A stretch of DNA of 63,270 nucleotides, the filler included, from Basidiobolus meristosporus CBS 931.73 (Eukaryota; Fungi; Basidiobolomycota): NCBI GenBank assembly GCA_002104905.1. It is 3 parts of 3 records of this genome, joined end to end, with 100 filler letters (N's around TTAATTAATTAA, not from the genome) between each part and the next. Parts side by side here need not be neighbours in the genome. Positions count along the whole stretch, not along the records: positions 35,710 to 63,270 come from MCFE01000901.1; 2 more parts are not named here. One strand, given 5' to 3'. Below the pieces are notes generated by a model. The model did not search any database. It was not told where the DNA came from and saw only the letters and a list, made by a program, of their open reading frames with translations. Both the position numbers and the translations under genes were made by a program. This document shows positions 61,801 through 63,270 of the stretch, one piece after another; positions within the stretch are counted from its first letter, which is position 1; each line of letters starts with the position of its first letter.

Positions 61801-63270
61801 TTAATGTACTACTGTCCTTGACTGTAGGTGTGACAGTGACCTTGAGGGATGGCTTGTCAGTAACGACAATATGGTCAGTCATTGCACTTGCTGTATTGGT
61901 GATAGTCTGCTCAGTTAGAGTACTACTGTCTTTGACTGTAGGTGCGACAGTGACCTCGAGGGATGGCTTGTCAGTAACGATAATATGGTCGGTAACTGCA
62001 CTAGCTGTGTCGGTGATAGTCGGCTCTGTCAGAGTACTGCTGTCCTTAACTGTAGGTGTGATAGTGACCTTGAGGGATGACTTGTCAGTAACGATAATAT
62101 GGTCGGTCACTGCACTTGCTGTAGCGGTGATAGTCGGCTCAGTCAGAGTACTAATGTCCTTGACTGTCGGAGTGACAGTGATCTCCAGTGATGGCTTGTC
62201 AGTTACTATCATATGGTCGGTGACTGCACGGGCTGTAGCAGTGATAGTCGGCTCAGTCAGAGTACTACTGTCCTTGACTGTGGGAGTGACAGTGACCTCA
62301 AGGGATGGCTTGTCGGTAACGATAATATGGTCGGTCACTGCACTAGCTGTGTCTGTGATAGTCGGCTCAGTTACAGTACTACTGTCCTTGACTGTAGGTG
62401 TGACAGTGACCACAAGGGATGGCTTGTCAGTAACGATAATATGGTTGGTCACTGCACTAGCTGTGTCGGTGATTGTCGGCTCTGTCAGAGTACTGCTGTC
62501 CTTAACTGTAGGTGTGATAGTGACCTTGAGGGATGGCTTGTCAGTAACGATAATATGGTCGGTCACTGCACTTGCTGTAGCGGTGATAGTCGGCTCAGTC
62601 AGAGTACTAATGTCCTTGACTGTAGGAATTACAGTGAATTCCAGTGATGGCTTGTCAGTTACTATCATATGGTCGGTGACTGCACGGGCTGTAGCGGTGA
62701 TAGTCGGCTCAGTCAGAGTATTACTCTCCTTTACTGTGGGAGTGACAGTGACCTCAAGGGATGGCTTGTCGGTAACGATAATATGGTCGGTCACTGCACT
62801 AGCTGTGTTGGTGATAGTCGGCTCAGTTACAGTACTACTGTCCTTGATTGTCGGAGTGACAGTGACCTCGAGGGATGGCTTGTCAGTAACTATTACATGG
62901 TCGGTGACTGTCCGTGCTGTGTCGGTGGTGGTCGGCTCAGTTAATGTACTACTGTCCTTGACTGTAGGTGTGACAGTGATCTCCAGTGATGGCTTGTCAG
63001 TTACTATCACATGGTCAGTGACAGCACGAGCTGTGTCGGTGATAGTTGGCTCAGTCAGAGTATTACTCTCCTTTACTGTGGGAGTGACAGTGACCTCAAG
63101 GGATGGCTTGTTAGTAACGACAATATGGTCGGTCACTGCACTTGCTGTGTCGGTGATAGTCGGCTCAGTTAGAGTACTACTGTCCTTGACTGTAGGTGTG
63201 ACAGTGACATCGAGGGATGGCCTGTCAGTAACGATAATACGGTCGGTAACTGCACTTGCTGTGTCGGTGA
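55868..63270 (-). CDS. Giant Thr-rich tandem-repeat cell-surface/secreted protein (3' part; 5' end outside window) with C-terminal six-Cys CBM19-like chitin-binding module
   Basis: No stop for more than 2460 codons up to the window edge. 38-aa repeat TDHIIVTDKPSLEVTVTPTVKDSSTLTEPTITDTASAV. Ends CTPGQYTC..FFTCDNGRLVKNHCAVGTVC..SIICDWN. Confidence 0.9.
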   Translation of the reverse strand, partial: TDTASAVTDRIIVTDRPSLDVTVTPTVKDSSTLTEPTITDTASAVTDHIVVTNKPSLEVTVTPTVKESNTLTEPTITDTARAVTDHVIVTDKPSLEITVTPTVKDSSTLTEPTTTDTARTVTDHVIVTDKPSLEVTVTPTIKDSSTVTEPTITNTASAVTDHIIVTDKPSLEVTVTPTVKESNTLTEPTITATARAVTDHMIVTDKPSLEFTVIPTVKDISTLTEPTITATASAVTDHIIVTDKPSLKVTITPTVKDSSTLTEPTITDTASAVTNHIIVTDKPSLVVTVTPTVKDSSTVTEPTITDTASAVTDHIIVTDKPSLEVTVTPTVKDSSTLTEPTITATARAVTDHMIVTDKPSLEITVTPTVKDISTLTEPTITATASAVTDHIIVTDKSSLKVTITPTVKDSSTLTEPTITDTASAVTDHIIVTDKPSLEVTVAPTVKDSSTLTEQTITNTASAMTDHIVVTDKPSLKVTVTPTVKDSSTLTEPTTTDTASTVTDHVIVTDKPSLEVTVTPTVKDSSTVTEPTITDTASAVTDHIIVTDRPSLDVTVTPTVKDSSTLTEPTITDTASAVTNHIVVTDKPSLKVTITPTVKDSSTLTESTITDTASAVTNHIIVTDKPSLEVTVTPTVKDSSTLTEQTITDTASAVTDHIVVTDKPSLEVTVTPTVKDSSTLTEPTTTDTAWTVTDHVIATDKPSLEVTVTPTVKDSSTVTEPTITDTASAVTDHIIVTDKPSLEVTVTPTVKDSSTVTEPTITATARAVTDHMIVTDKPSLEITVTPTVKDSSTLTEPTITDTASAVTDHIIVTDKPSLEVTVTPTVKDSSTVTEPPITDTASAVTDRIIVTDKPSLEVTVTPTVKESNTLTEPTITATARAVTDHVIVTDKPSLEITVTPTVKDSSTVTETTITDTADAVTDHIMVTDKPSLEVTVTPTVRVSNTLTEPIITATARAVTDHVIITDKPSLEITVTPIVKDRSTLTEPTITHTASAVTNHIIVTDKPSLEVTVPPTVKDSSTLIEPTTTDTARTVTDHVIITDKPSLEVTVTPTVKDSSTLTEPTTTDTASTVTDHVIITDKPSLEITVTPIVKDRSTVTEPTITDTASAVTDHIIVTDEPSLEVTVTPTVKDSSTLTEPTTTDTARTVTDHVIVTDKPSLEITVTPTIKDSSTLTEPTITDTASAVTDHIIVTDKPSLKVTITPTVKDSSTLTEPTISDTASAVTDHIIVTYKPSLEVTITPTVKDSSTVTEPIITDTGRTVTDHVVVTDKPSLNVTVTPTVKESNTLTEPTITATARAATDHVIVTDKPSHEITVTPTVKDSSTLTEPITTDTARAVTDNVIVTNKPSLEVTITPTVKDSSTVTEPTITETASAVTDHIIVTDKPSLEVTVTPTVEDGSTLTEPTITDTARTVTDHMIVTYKPSLEITITPTVKDSSTLTEPTVTDTASAVTDHIIVTDELSLEVTVTPTIRDSSTPTETTITDTARTVTDQIIVTDQPSLDVTITPTVKYSSTVTEQTITATARAVTDNVIVTDKPSLEITVTPIVKDSSTLTEPAVTDTASAVTDHIIVTYKPSLEVTITPTVKDSSTVTEPTITETASAVIDHIIVTDKPSLKVTVTPTIKDSSTITEPTITDTANAVTDHITVTDNASLEVTFTPTIKDSSTITEPTITGTARPVTDNVIVTDKPSLEVTITTTVNDRSTLTEPTITDTANAVTNHIIVTEKPSLEVTVTPMIKDSSTLTEPTITGKASTVTDHVVVTDMPSLEITETPTVKDSSTLIEPTIIDTAGAVTDHIIVTYKPSLKVTITPTIMDSSTLTEPNITDTARTVKDHIIVTDKPSLEVTVTPTVKDRSTLTEPTITDTASAVADHTIVTYKSSLDVTLTPTVKDSSTVTEQTITDTASAVTDHIIVTDKPSLEDTVTPMIKESSTLTEPTITETVRAVTDHVIVTDKPSPEVTVTPTVKDSSTSTELTNTDTARTVTNQAIVTDKPSLEVTVTPILKDSNTLVEATITKTALIVTDHVVVIDKPSLEVSVTPTITDRRTLPARTLVKTGHTVTDHVILSVKPSFEVNVTPTVRDSVSLSEPTITNTADAYTDRVDVTDKPSLQVTLTPTVRESSTLVEPTATDRVRAMTERVVVTVMPSLNITATSTLRESSTLTESTVMDTVRAKTEHVFITDKASLEIIVTPTVRDRSTLNEKANTETVAAATVKATGTDKTPVEATVTPTIIRDPTVTATSVTDKAHTVLNHASVTDESSVEGTITPTINVDSTRTFPTVTDMAHTVMKHVINTEKASGQGTDRPTVNVDATVTAQTVTDTAHTTTERVIVTDKPSGVGNTESSATIKGSESAAGTESTITIVQTARVTETVTTVDTILTGRTKAAHEPTCIPETVTITHTVNAPEESNQPEPSPEKQCTPGQYTCLDSGISSVFFTCDNGRLVKNHCAVGTVCKTFDNSIICDWN
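56200..63270. repeat. Coding minisatellite, 114-bp unit, about 60 copies in window
   Basis: Strict 114-bp period with substitutions but no frameshifts. Copies are most diverged toward 56200-57400. Confidence 0.95.

Noticed and set aside
56015-62944. Many long plus-strand ORFs (e.g. 59613-61532, 639 aa; Cys-rich frames)
   Set aside because: Antisense shadows of the 114-bp coding repeat.
56200-63270. CRISPR-like or non-coding satellite interpretation of the array
   Set aside because: No unique spacers; the period is a multiple of three and the frame stays open throughout.

Overview
Eukaryotic scaffold, most likely from an early-diverging fungus (inferred from short GT-AG introns, TTAGGG repeats, an ERG6-type SMT and a CBM19-like domain). 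It consists of three contigs joined by two 100-bp N gaps. (1) 1-18121 carries a YSL/OPT transporter, a GT31 glycosyltransferase with one in-frame stop, and two family-B Ty1/copia fragments. It ends in about 36 TTAGGG repeats fused directly into a copia integrase. (2) 18222-35609 is a dense transposon nest: a CACTA/EnSpm transposase split by a TIR element with TATTA target duplication, four family-A copia copies nested in each other, and a piggyBac-like transposase. (3) 35710-63270 has further family-B copia and LINE remnants, then a gene block: PX-domain AGC kinase, stand-alone arabinokinase-N-terminal-like GT-B protein, sterol C24-methyltransferase, a two-domain tandem protein with PPSY motif, and the 3' part of a giant (>2460 aa, uninterrupted) Thr-rich protein made of about 60 38-aa repeats and ending in a six-Cys CBM19-like module. 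Exon boundaries and identities were worked out by eye; no database search was run.
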